39,059 nt of DNA from NCBI GenBank assembly GCA_937989765.1, contig CALKRZ010000001.1, forward strand, positions 1-39,059, read 5' to 3'. Source of the DNA: an uncultured Clostridia bacterium. GTDB taxonomy: Bacteria; Bacillota; Clostridia; Lachnospirales; CALKRZ01. Shown in pieces: positions 24,909 to 33,301 of this stretch; the first letter of the stretch is position 1, and each line of letters starts with the position of its first letter. Below the pieces are notes generated by a model. It made no database searches, was not told the origin of the DNA, and was given only the letters and a program-made list of their open reading frames with translations. Made by a program: the position numbers and the translations under genes.

Positions 24909-25487
24909 ATGGCATTACAACAGGAAAATAAAAAATATACGTATGCGGATTACTTGACATGGCCAGAAAATGAAAGATGGGAGATTATTGATGGAACGCC
25001 TTATATGCAAGCGGCGCCCACATGGCAACATCAGGCAATATCAGTAGAACTAACTTCTCAGTTCAATGCCTTCTTGAAAGGGAACCGCTGTCGTGTGTTT
25101 GCGTCGCCTTTTGATCTAAGGCTTCCTCAAGGGCATCAAAAAGATGAAGATACAACCTTTGTAGTCCAACCCGATCTTGTAGTTGTATGTGAGAAAGAGG
25201 GTTTGAAAGGTACAGGGTATTATGGAACACCTACCCTGATCATTGAGATCACTTCTCCATCTACGGCAAAAAACGATAAGATATGGAAATTCAATAAATA
25301 TGAGAAAGTTGGAGTGCAAGAATACTGGATCGTAGAACCAACAGAAAAAATTATTTCCGTATTTACGCTACAAGAGAATCAGCGATATGGAAGACCAGAA
25401 TCGTATACAGAAACAGATCAAATAAAGGTGACAGGAGTACCAGGGCTCATCATTGATTTAGCACCCGTATTTGCTTCAATAGAGTAA
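24909..25487 (+). CDS. Uma2-family (DUF820) PD-(D/E)xK-like endonuclease
   Basis: YTYADYLTWPENERWEIIDG... and ...PDLVVV...PTLIIEITSPST...K...Y...GVQEYWIV match the Uma2 layout. Confidence 0.75.
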   Translation: MALQQENKKYTYADYLTWPENERWEIIDGTPYMQAAPTWQHQAISVELTSQFNAFLKGNRCRVFASPFDLRLPQGHQKDEDTTFVVQPDLVVVCEKEGLKGTGYYGTPTLIIEITSPSTAKNDKIWKFNKYEKVGVQEYWIVEPTEKIISVFTLQENQRYGRPESYTETDQIKVTGVPGLIIDLAPVFASIE

Positions 25488-25496
25488 CCTTAGCAT

Positions 25497-25533
25497 ACAA
25501 AAAAAGCCTAGATTTGATCTAGGCTTTTTTTGT
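25497..25533. terminator. Bidirectional terminator between Uma2 and plsC
   Basis: ACAAAAAAAGCCTAGAT-ttg-ATCTAGGCTTTTTTTGT. The right arm contains the last plsC codons and the stop codon. Confidence 0.7.
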
Positions 25534-26247
25534 ATCATGTAGTAATTGTTCGATCTGAGCTTGTACATAAGCGACGCTTTCTTTTTGTTCTTCTTTGGAT
25601 AGTTCGGAAAGAAGGATGGGTGTACCTATCGTGATATGGACGATAGATGGATGGATTTTACCTTTTGCCTCTAAGAGTTTGTAAGAACCACTGATCCCTA
25701 CAGGCACGATTGGAACGCCAGATTTAGTCGCCAGTCGGAGGCTGCCTTTTTTAAATTCACCCATATCCATTTTTTGGCTTCTAGTTCCTTCGGGAAAAAT
25801 TACCATAGAATGTCCATTTTTTAATGTTTCGATCCCTTGGCTGATCACTTGCAGGGATTGACGGAGGTCATTCCGATCCATAAATACACAGCCAATGATC
25901 TTCATCCATGTACTGAGTAATGGAATCTTTGCAAGTTCAATCTTTGCCACAAACCCCTTGGGTTTATCAATGGTAGCGATCAAAAGGGGAATATCAAAAT
26001 TACCCTGATGATTGCTCACAAATAAAACAGCTTGATCAGGAGGAATGTTGTCAAGCCCAGATACTTTGACCTTGGCTCCAGCAACAGAGAGCATAGACCA
26101 TGCCCAACGGCGAGAAATCTTATGAGCATAGGCAGCAGCTTTCTGGAGAGATCCAAATTTATGGATACACATATATTTGGCCAAAATCACGATAGAAAAT
26201 AACTGGTACAAGAAAAAATATGAAAACCAAACGATGGTACGAATCAT
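25519..26247 (-). CDS. plsC: 1-acyl-sn-glycerol-3-phosphate acyltransferase
   Basis: N-terminal TM. Acyltransferase motifs NHQGNFD (HX4D) and FPEGTR. Confidence 0.85.
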   Translation of the reverse strand: MIRTIVWFSYFFLYQLFSIVILAKYMCIHKFGSLQKAAAYAHKISRRWAWSMLSVAGAKVKVSGLDNIPPDQAVLFVSNHQGNFDIPLLIATIDKPKGFVAKIELAKIPLLSTWMKIIGCVFMDRNDLRQSLQVISQGIETLKNGHSMVIFPEGTRSQKMDMGEFKKGSLRLATKSGVPIVPVGISGSYKLLEAKGKIHPSIVHITIGTPILLSELSKEEQKESVAYVQAQIEQLLHDTKKA

Positions 26248-26280
26248 ACGCTCACCTACTTTTAGTCATCAATTATTTTC

Positions 26281-26449
26281 GGATCTCAGAAAAAGTATGT
26301 GGTAAGGAAAATATATAAATCTTCCAACAACTGCAAAATCGCGCTTGTGCAAAGGATAAATGTAGTTGTAATTTGGGACGCGCTCCTTTGTTGCAGTTGT
26401 TTCCAGATTTATATATTTGCCTTACCACCGCATACTTTTTCTGAGATCC
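26281..26449 (-). mobile_element. Family-1 foldback repeat, copy D (169 bp, intact, inverted relative to copy C)
   Basis: 154/169 identical to the reverse complement of copy C by ungapped hand alignment. Flanked by TTATTTTC at 26273-26280 and 26450-26457. The right duplication contains the malQ stop codon. Confidence 0.85.
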
Positions 26450-28039
26450 TTATTTTCGGCCGTATACTGTGGATAGAGCCGCAAGACGCGTAGCATACTC
26501 TGGGCAAAGCTGATCTTTGGTGTATCTCCACTGCCAATTACCACTAGCGACTCCAGGCGTATTCATTCTTGATTCAGAGTCTAGACCCATCACATCTTGC
26601 ATAGGAACAATCGCTATATCAGATACAGAGGCAAATGCCAAGCGGATAAAATCCCACCATATTTCTTCTCCAGAAGTATTCATATACTGCTTGCAATATG
26701 CTTGATCTGCTTCAGAAGCTTTCTCATACCAACCTACAGTCGTGTCATTATCATGGGTACCTGTGTATACGACGGTGTTGGGGATGAAATTATGGGGAAT
26801 ATAGTTATTTTCTTCAGAAGAGTCAAATGCAAATTGAAGTATTTTCATGCCAGGGAAGTCAAATGCATCACGGAGTTCGATGACGCCTTCTGTAATGAGG
26901 CCTAGATCTTCTGCGATGATCGGTAATTTGCCTAAAGCTGTTTCGATGGCAATGAATAAGTCTTTGTCAGGTCCTTTTTCCCATACCCCTTGGATGGCAG
27001 TTTCTTCTCCAAAAGGAATAGACCAGTATGCTTCAAAGCCTCTAAAGTGGTCGATTCGAACGATATCTACTAATTCTAAAATACCTTTGATTCGTTCTAC
27101 CCACCAAGCATAGTTCGTATTTTTGTGGATTTCCCAATTATAGAGAGGATTTCCCCAAAGTTGTCCTGTAGCACTAAAATAATCAGGTGGAACACCAGCC
27201 ACTACGGTAGGATATCCTTTCTCATCTAGATAAAAAAGACCTGGATTTCCCCATACATCTGCACTATCATAGGCTACAAAGATAGGAATATCTCCAATCA
27301 CCTGAATGTTTTTGTCATTAGCATAGGTTTTAAGTGCACGCCATTCGGTATAAAACTCAAATTGAAGGAATTTATAGTATTCGATATCATCCGCAAGACG
27401 AGCAGTCCATTCTTTAATCGCTTCAGGGCGTCTTAAGGCAATGCCTTCTTCCCAAGTACTCCAAACAGCACCGAAATAATAATCCTTTACAGATTTCTCA
27501 TTTAAATACTTTTGATTGGCGGCGGCAAAATCTTCAAAGGCTTCATCCATGCCAGAAGCAGTTCTGACCCGAATATAATAATCTTTTAAGGAGACAAATA
27601 GAGTGTAATCATTTAACCAAATTTTATTTACTTCACAAAATTCTTCAAATTTTGCTTTTTGGGCAGCCGTGCCTGTCTTCTTGAAATTTTGGTATGCTTT
27701 TCTAAAAAGTTGGGATTTATAATTAATCACGGGGCCGTAATCTAACTTTGTATCATCAAAAGCGGGAACTTCAGCCACGTCACTTTCATCTAATAACCCA
27801 TCCACAATCAGCTTATCAGGGCTTATTAATAAAGGATTTCCTGCAAAAGCAGAAAAGCACTGATAAGGTGAATCACCAAAACTAGTAGGACCAAGTGGTA
27901 AGACTTGCCAAAGTTTTTGTTTACCTTTGCTTAAAAAATCAATAAACTCAAAAGCATCTTTTCCTAAATCTCCAATACCAAAGCGACTGGGAAATGAAGT
28001 AGGATGTACCAAAATACCGCTGGATCTTTCAAAAGCCAT
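26450..28039 (-). CDS. malQ: 4-alpha-glucanotransferase (amylomaltase, GH77)
   Basis: 529 aa. SGILVHPTSFPS..GIGDLG, SPYQCFSAFAGNPLLIS, VRIDHFRGF and THDNDT are GH77 signatures. Confidence 0.9.
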   Translation of the reverse strand: MAFERSSGILVHPTSFPSRFGIGDLGKDAFEFIDFLSKGKQKLWQVLPLGPTSFGDSPYQCFSAFAGNPLLISPDKLIVDGLLDESDVAEVPAFDDTKLDYGPVINYKSQLFRKAYQNFKKTGTAAQKAKFEEFCEVNKIWLNDYTLFVSLKDYYIRVRTASGMDEAFEDFAAANQKYLNEKSVKDYYFGAVWSTWEEGIALRRPEAIKEWTARLADDIEYYKFLQFEFYTEWRALKTYANDKNIQVIGDIPIFVAYDSADVWGNPGLFYLDEKGYPTVVAGVPPDYFSATGQLWGNPLYNWEIHKNTNYAWWVERIKGILELVDIVRIDHFRGFEAYWSIPFGEETAIQGVWEKGPDKDLFIAIETALGKLPIIAEDLGLITEGVIELRDAFDFPGMKILQFAFDSSEENNYIPHNFIPNTVVYTGTHDNDTTVGWYEKASEADQAYCKQYMNTSGEEIWWDFIRLAFASVSDIAIVPMQDVMGLDSESRMNTPGVASGNWQWRYTKDQLCPEYATRLAALSTVYGRK

Positions 28040-28130
28040 AAAAATCCTCCTTTTTTTATATAGGAATAATCAGTCGGTCTTTCTTATTCCTTTATGTTTA
28101 ATCATACGATCAAGTATATAAGGCACTTTA

Positions 28131-28146
28131 CGTAAAACGTTTAAAG
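28131..28146. promoter_or_regulatory. LacI-type operator candidate downstream of the malQ -10
   Basis: CGTAAAACGTTTAAAG is a 16-bp CG-centred palindrome with 2 mismatched pairs. It shares the AAAACGnTTT core with the 17-mer at 18028 and 33038. Confidence 0.4.
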
Positions 28147-28160
28147 TCCTTTATTGGAAT

Positions 28161-28189
28161 ATTATACAACACAATAAAAGATTTGACTA
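28161..28189 (-). promoter_or_regulatory. Candidate malQ promoter
   Basis: The minus strand reads TAGTCA, a 17-nt spacer, then TATAAT. Confidence 0.4.
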
Positions 28190-28352
28190 GAGTACTAGAC
28201 GAGGGTTTCTTCATTAATTACGGTTTTTGTAGTATGAGGGAATGAATTGGAAAATTTACATGAAGTTTGTCATTTTACCAATGGAATAACAGTATGCTTG
28301 TATAGACATAGACACACAATAAGTAGGCAACAGGATATAAAAAAATTTATCT

Positions 28353-28376
28353 CATGTTTCAATCCCATGTTTCAAT
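28353..28376 (+). repeat. Direct repeat CATGTTTCAAT x2 (13-bp period) upstream of the lipoprotein gene
   Basis: Exact 11-mers at 28353-28363 and 28366-28376, about 40 nt before the ATG. Confidence 0.8.
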
Positions 28377-28416
28377 GGGTCCTTTATATTATAACCTATA
28401 AGGAGGCTTACAAAGC

Positions 28417-29010
28417 ATGAAGACATTTGGAAAAATTATAATTGCAGGAAGTATAATGGCCACGCTTTTATTACCTGGTTGTGCTGCCTATGACAATCAA
28501 GCAGGAAATCGTGGTGCAGGTATGGAAAACCGCGTAGGAATGGGTGCAGGTGGTGCAGGTGGAATAGGTGGCGCAGGAACTGGAATGGGCGCAGGTGGAA
28601 TAGGTGGAATAGGCGGTGCAGGTGGAACTGGAATGGGCGCAGCTGGAAGAGGTGGCGCAGGAGTAGAGAATAGAATGGCTACGAATGTAAGAGATCCTTT
28701 TATTACAGATAACAGACTGAACAATGCACCACTTGGAGGTCGTACTGGTCAAGTAGGTGAAGCGGATACAGCAAGAAGAATTACCACTCAAGGAGTAATT
28801 CCAGGAACAGGCGTAGGAATGGCTCCAGCAACAACTCGAGGAACTACAATGGATCGTACAGCGATGACAGGCACACCGAATTATATGATCAATGATTATG
28901 CGCTTGGAAATCGAATTGGTGTAACAGGTCAAGATGCAATGCGTAATGGAACAGTAGCGAGAACACCCATGCCTGAAACAACAAGAAAAACAGCAGCAGG
29001 AACAAGATAA
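28417..29010 (+). CDS. Low-complexity Gly/Met/Ala/Thr/Arg-rich lipoprotein, function unknown
   Basis: AAGGAGG RBS. Signal peptide with lipobox LLPGC. GAGG(I/T)GG and GMG repeats. No globular region evident. Terminator follows. Confidence 0.6.
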   Translation: MKTFGKIIIAGSIMATLLLPGCAAYDNQAGNRGAGMENRVGMGAGGAGGIGGAGTGMGAGGIGGIGGAGGTGMGAAGRGGAGVENRMATNVRDPFITDNRLNNAPLGGRTGQVGEADTARRITTQGVIPGTGVGMAPATTRGTTMDRTAMTGTPNYMINDYALGNRIGVTGQDAMRNGTVARTPMPETTRKTAAGTR

Positions 29011-29018
29011 ATAAGCTC

Positions 29019-29054
29019 AAAAAAAGGGTATAGACCAGTCTATACTCTTTTTTT
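29019..29054 (+). terminator. Rho-independent terminator of the lipoprotein gene
   Basis: AGGGTATAGAC..GTCTATACTCT followed by TTTTTTT. An A-run on the 5' side could make it bidirectional. Confidence 0.6.
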
Positions 29055-29232
29055 GCCTTGTATTTTCTTTCGGATACCTAAAGATCAAAAAATTAATATA
29101 TCTACCTATATTCCTTACAAAAAATCAATTATACTATAATCATCTGACATAGGATGCATGTGACAGATAGGGGATAAATATTTAGGGTAAGTTTATTTTA
29201 TTTAGATAAGCGGATGAAGGAGGGAAAAATAT

Positions 29233-30789
29233 ATGGGAAAAAATAATAAAAAGAGTACAGATGTAATCGCTGTGATTGATATAGGCTCTGATGCACTCCG
29301 ACTTAAAATAGCAGAAGATCGGCATCAGATGATTCATGTATTAGAGTACTTGGAGTATCCTTTGCGGCTTGGCAGTGATACCTATACCAAAGGAAAGATT
29401 AGTTTTGAAAAAGTAGATAAAATATGTGAAATCATCAAAAAGTTTTTATTTGTAGCAGCATCCTATGATATAAAAGTAATTCGGGCAGTAGCAACTACAG
29501 CAGTAAGAGAAGCATCAAACAAAGACTATATTATAGATCAGGTTAAGATTAAAACAGGTGTCTCTGTGGACATCATGGATGATAGTGAGGAAAAATTATA
29601 TATATATAAAGAAATATGTAAAAAACTTCTGCTTCACTGGAGACTACAAAATGAACCGGCATTGTTGGTCTATATTGGTTCGGGAAGTCTAGGGATCTCT
29701 ATCTATAAGGGAGGCAATATTATTTTTACACAAAATATACAAATGGGTTCTTTGCGGTTATCGGAGTTATTAGGAACTGTACAGGAACAATCCGAGAAGT
29801 TTTATATCGTGGTAGAACAATATGTAAAAAGTTTTACGAATATAGCAAAAACAATCTTTCCTATGGAGGACATTTCTCATTTTATTGCAACGGGAAGAGA
29901 GGTTGAAATCATTTCTGATTTTTGTAAATCAGAACGGCAGGGAGAGTTTGCATCCATACCGAAGGATAGATTTGTAGGATTATATGAAACGATAAAACAT
30001 AAAACACCTACCCAATTGATAGATCTGTACAAAATATCGGAAGAAAAAGCGGAAGTGCTTCTACCTTCTATGAGTATTTATGAAACGCTACTCTCTTTCA
30101 CTAGTGCGCAAGAGATCATGGCACCGCAGGTATTTTTAAGTGATGCACTGCTTTCGGATATGTTATATGAACAAGAAGCGGTGGAGTGGAATAAAGTATT
30201 TGCCAAAAATACAATCCTCTCTGCTAAAAATATAGCCACACGATATGAATATGATGCAAAGCATGCGCAGATGGTGGAAAACCATGCCTTGAAGATTTTT
30301 GATAAAATGAAAAAGATTCATGGTTTAGGTAGTAGAGAAAAGCTCCTGTTACAAACCGCTGCAGTTCTTCATGATATCGGAAAATACATCAATAGCAAAA
30401 ATCATTATCGACATTCTTATGAAATCATTCGAGCATCTGATCTTTTGGGTTTATCTGAAGAGGAGATCGAAATCGTTGCCAATATTGCCAAGTACCATAG
30501 TGGCATCCTGCCTAAGCTAGAACACGCAAGTTATCGTCATCTAAGTCCAAAAGAGCGAGTATTGGTATCCAAACTGTCTGCTATTCTTCGGATTGCCGAT
30601 GCGCTAGATCGCAGTCATCTACAAAAATTCGAGGAAATAGAAGTAAAGCTCAAAGAAGATAAGCTGCAGATTACGATAGAGACATATAAAGATACGATGC
30701 TTGAGGAATGGTCTTTTGGGTATAAATCAGAGTTTTTTGAAGAAGTGTTTGGGTTGAAAGCCTATATGAAAAAGAAGAAGGTGATGTAG
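29233..30789 (+). CDS. ppx: Ppx/GppA-family exopolyphosphatase with a C-terminal HD domain
   Basis: N-terminal ASKHA-fold motif AVIDIGSDALRLKI. HD region LHDIGKYI...HH. The stop codon abuts the ppk start (TAGATG). Confidence 0.85.
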   Translation: MGKNNKKSTDVIAVIDIGSDALRLKIAEDRHQMIHVLEYLEYPLRLGSDTYTKGKISFEKVDKICEIIKKFLFVAASYDIKVIRAVATTAVREASNKDYIIDQVKIKTGVSVDIMDDSEEKLYIYKEICKKLLLHWRLQNEPALLVYIGSGSLGISIYKGGNIIFTQNIQMGSLRLSELLGTVQEQSEKFYIVVEQYVKSFTNIAKTIFPMEDISHFIATGREVEIISDFCKSERQGEFASIPKDRFVGLYETIKHKTPTQLIDLYKISEEKAEVLLPSMSIYETLLSFTSAQEIMAPQVFLSDALLSDMLYEQEAVEWNKVFAKNTILSAKNIATRYEYDAKHAQMVENHALKIFDKMKKIHGLGSREKLLLQTAAVLHDIGKYINSKNHYRHSYEIIRASDLLGLSEEEIEIVANIAKYHSGILPKLEHASYRHLSPKERVLVSKLSAILRIADALDRSHLQKFEEIEVKLKEDKLQITIETYKDTMLEEWSFGYKSEFFEEVFGLKAYMKKKKVM

Positions 30790-32898
30790 ATGAAGTACAC
30801 AGATCCAGAGTATTATATCAATCGCGAATTAAGCTGGCTTGATTTTAATCAAAGAGTACTAGAAGAAGCACTAGATAAATCGAATCCTTTATTAGAACGA
30901 GTCAAATTTTTGGCCATCACAGCATCTAATTTGGATGAATTTTTTATGGTTAGAGTGGCAGGTTTAACAGATCAAGTAGAAGCAGGATATACCAAAAAAG
31001 ACTTTGCAGGGTTGATGCCAAAAGAACAGCTTGAGGCAATTTCAAAAAAAGCCCATGATATGGTGGGTAGACAATATAACTGCCTTATGCGTATTATCCT
31101 ACCTAATTTAAGAAAGGAAAATATATTCTTTCATTCCTTTGAAGAATTGGATGAAGAAGAAAAGAAGTACGTAGAAGAGTATTTTATGGATATCATTAAT
31201 CCTGTACTCACGCCTATGGCGATTGACAGAAGCAGACCTTTTCCTTTGGTAAGCAATAAATCGCTCAATCTAGGTGTTCGTTTGGCCTTTGAAGAAGAAG
31301 AATTTTTTGCCGTAGTGCAGGTGCCTTCTGTACTTCCGAGAATTATTGAAATACCCCATCCTTCCAAAAGACTCTTTATTTTTATAGAAGAAGTGATGAA
31401 ACAATTTATAGGAGAATTGTTTCATGGACACTTTATTTTGGCGGTGCATAGTTTTAGAATTACCAGAAATTCAGATTTGAGTATTGATGAAGAGGAAGCG
31501 GAAGATCTTTTGATGGAGATTGAACGTTCTATCAGACAAAGAAAATGGGGTATGCCGGTTCGGGTTGAAATGGAAAAAGAAATAGATGAGCAATTACAGA
31601 ATTTTTTAGTGACGATATTAGAATTAGATGAAGAAGACATTTATAAAGTTTCAGGGCCTATTGATCTTACGATTTGGATGAATTTTAGTCAGAAAAAAGG
31701 GTTTGAATATCTACGAAATCCTATTTTGCATCCTCAAACCCCAAAAGCACTTATGAACGTAGCCAATATGTTCAAGGCGATACGAGAAGGAGATATTTTA
31801 GTTCATCATCCATATGAATCTTTTGATTGGGTCATAGAATTTGTAAAACAAGCAGCCATGGACCCCAAAGTATTAGCCATCAAGCAGACATTATACAGAG
31901 TTAGTGGCAACTCGCCCATCGTCAGTGCGCTCATCCAAGCAGCAGAAAATGGAAAGCAAGTCACTGTACTCGTAGAATTAAAGGCTCGGTTTGATGAAGA
32001 GAATAATATCCTATGGGCTAGAAAGTTAGAAAAATCAGGATGTCATGTGATTTATGGATTGGTAGGGTTAAAAACGCATTGTAAAACCTTACTTGTGGTA
32101 CGCAAGGAACAAGATGGAATCCGTCGCTATGTGCATGTGGGTACAGGAAATTATAATGATTCTACAGCAAAGGTATATACAGATTTGGGATTGTTTACAT
32201 GTAGAGAGACTTTTGGATCAGATGTATCTGCACTATTTAACCTACTCACAGGATTTTCTAAACCACCTCAATGGAAGAAGTTAGCGGTTGCGCCTGTTAC
32301 CCTGCGCAATACATTTGTGCAGTGGATTGAAAATGAGATACTTCACGTAAAAGAAGGAAGAGAGGGCAGGATCATTGCAAAGATGAATGCCCTCGTGGAC
32401 CCTGTGATCATACAAGCGCTCTATAAAGCGTCGGCAAAAGGAGTTCAAATCGATTTGATCGTACGGGGTATATGCTGCCTCAAAACAGGTATACATGGGG
32501 TGAGTGAGAATATTCGAGTGATGAGTATTGTAGATCGGTTCTTGGAACATAGTAGAGTCTTTTGTTTTGGCAATGGGGGAGAACCTAAGGTTTTTCTTTC
32601 TAGTGCCGATTGGATGCCTCGCAATCTGGATCGCAGGGTAGAAATTTTGTTTCCGATAGAGCAAGAAGAGATCAAAAATCGCATCGTAGACATACTGAAA
32701 CTGACCATGCGGGATACGGTCAAAGCAAGAATACAACAACCAGACGGTTCGTATGCCAGAATTGATAAGCGAGGCAAGGAAATCCTGCGTTCGCAACTTG
32801 CATTTTACGAAATGGCTGAGATCGATGCCAAAGAGTCTGATGAGCAGGATGAGATGGGATTATTTAAGCCAATTTATCAGCAAGATAAACAAAAATAG
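30790..32898 (+). CDS. ppk: Polyphosphate kinase 1
   Basis: 702 aa. N-terminus YINRELSWLDFNQRVLEEA. ...YRVSGNSPIVSALIQAAENGKQVTVLVELKARFDEE... is typical of PPK1. Confidence 0.95.
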   Translation: MKYTDPEYYINRELSWLDFNQRVLEEALDKSNPLLERVKFLAITASNLDEFFMVRVAGLTDQVEAGYTKKDFAGLMPKEQLEAISKKAHDMVGRQYNCLMRIILPNLRKENIFFHSFEELDEEEKKYVEEYFMDIINPVLTPMAIDRSRPFPLVSNKSLNLGVRLAFEEEEFFAVVQVPSVLPRIIEIPHPSKRLFIFIEEVMKQFIGELFHGHFILAVHSFRITRNSDLSIDEEEAEDLLMEIERSIRQRKWGMPVRVEMEKEIDEQLQNFLVTILELDEEDIYKVSGPIDLTIWMNFSQKKGFEYLRNPILHPQTPKALMNVANMFKAIREGDILVHHPYESFDWVIEFVKQAAMDPKVLAIKQTLYRVSGNSPIVSALIQAAENGKQVTVLVELKARFDEENNILWARKLEKSGCHVIYGLVGLKTHCKTLLVVRKEQDGIRRYVHVGTGNYNDSTAKVYTDLGLFTCRETFGSDVSALFNLLTGFSKPPQWKKLAVAPVTLRNTFVQWIENEILHVKEGREGRIIAKMNALVDPVIIQALYKASAKGVQIDLIVRGICCLKTGIHGVSENIRVMSIVDRFLEHSRVFCFGNGGEPKVFLSSADWMPRNLDRRVEILFPIEQEEIKNRIVDILKLTMRDTVKARIQQPDGSYARIDKRGKEILRSQLAFYEMAEIDAKESDEQDEMGLFKPIYQQDKQK

Positions 32899-32912
32899 GA
32901 AAAGGAAAATAT

Positions 32913-32944
32913 GACGAATCTATGATTCGTCGTATTTTTTTTTT
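32913..32944 (+). terminator. Rho-independent terminator of ppx-ppk
   Basis: GACGAATC-tat-GATTCGTC followed by GTATTTTTTTTTT. Confidence 0.7.
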
Positions 32945-33037
32945 GGAAATGTGCTAGTACAGTGGGCGTGTCAATGGAAAGATAGCAAAGCTCTACGGGA
33001 AGAGTTCACCGAACACAAACGGATACATAACTGGTAT

Positions 33038-33054
33038 TAACGAAAACGATTTCG
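33038..33054. promoter_or_regulatory. LacI-family-type operator candidate (TAACGAAAACGATTTCG), copy 2
   Basis: Identical 17-mer to 18028-18044. It lies about 85 nt upstream of the ABC-operon promoter. Confidence 0.5.
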
Positions 33055-33137
33055 GAAATAATACCCCGGAGATTGACGGATTGACAGGATTATAGGTACT
33101 GTAACAATAAAAGATATGAAAAATGTTCAAAAACATA

Positions 33138-33166
33138 TAGACAATATAAGCGTTGCATAGTATAAT
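33138..33166 (+). promoter_or_regulatory. Sigma-A-type promoter of the sugar ABC operon
   Basis: TAGACA, a 17-nt spacer, then TATAAT. Leaves a leader of about 130 nt. Confidence 0.5.
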
Positions 33167-33227
33167 TACACATAAGGAACAAAAATGTTTCGAAAATGTG
33201 CAGGGATGGCAATGGAGGTATACGAAA

Positions 33228-33254
33228 AGTTTCAGAAAGTTTCAGAAGTTTCCA
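33228..33254 (+). repeat. 2.7 copies of a 10-bp tandem repeat AAGTTTCAGA in the leader
   Basis: AAGTTTCAGA AAGTTTCAGA AGTTTCC, between the promoter and the RBS of the binding-protein gene. Confidence 0.8.
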
Positions 33255-33301
33255 TGTGCCATAAGCACAAATCTAACAAAAATATTAAGGGGGAATCAAG
33301 T

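Noticed and set aside
1538-26449. I asked whether the four dispersed repeats could be a CRISPR array, or retron msr/msd loci (which have flanking inverted repeats).
   Set aside because: The copies are kilobases apart and separated by housekeeping genes, with no regular repeat-spacer spacing. No cas genes or reverse transcriptase are anywhere in the window.
22644-26449. I considered a composite transposon formed by the inverted repeat copies C and D and carrying cls, Uma2 and plsC.
   Set aside because: The outer flanks (AAAATAAT on the left, TTATTTTC on the right) are not a direct repeat of each other. Each copy has its own matching duplication, and the cargo looks like core lipid metabolism.
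28471-28932. Antisense ORFs (153 aa and a 75-aa Pro/Ala/Ile-rich ORF) lie opposite the Gly-rich lipoprotein gene.
   Set aside because: They are the mirror image of GGN/GCN-rich low-complexity sequence. Only the plus-strand frame has an RBS, a lipoprotein signal peptide and a terminator.
32281-32796. 171-aa and 110-aa minus-strand ORFs lie inside ppk, and similar antisense ORFs lie inside walK, murA, the GH65 gene and malQ.
   Set aside because: All are embedded in strongly supported genes on the other strand, lack RBSs, and have no recognisable motifs.
33185-33301. An upstream in-frame extension (MFRKCAGMAMEVYEKFQKVSEVS...) of the sugar-binding-protein ORF.
   Set aside because: The lipoprotein signal peptide starts at the ATG at 33302, which has a strong AAGGGGGA RBS. 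The extension contains the 10-bp tandem repeat and starts only about 20 nt after the predicted -10.
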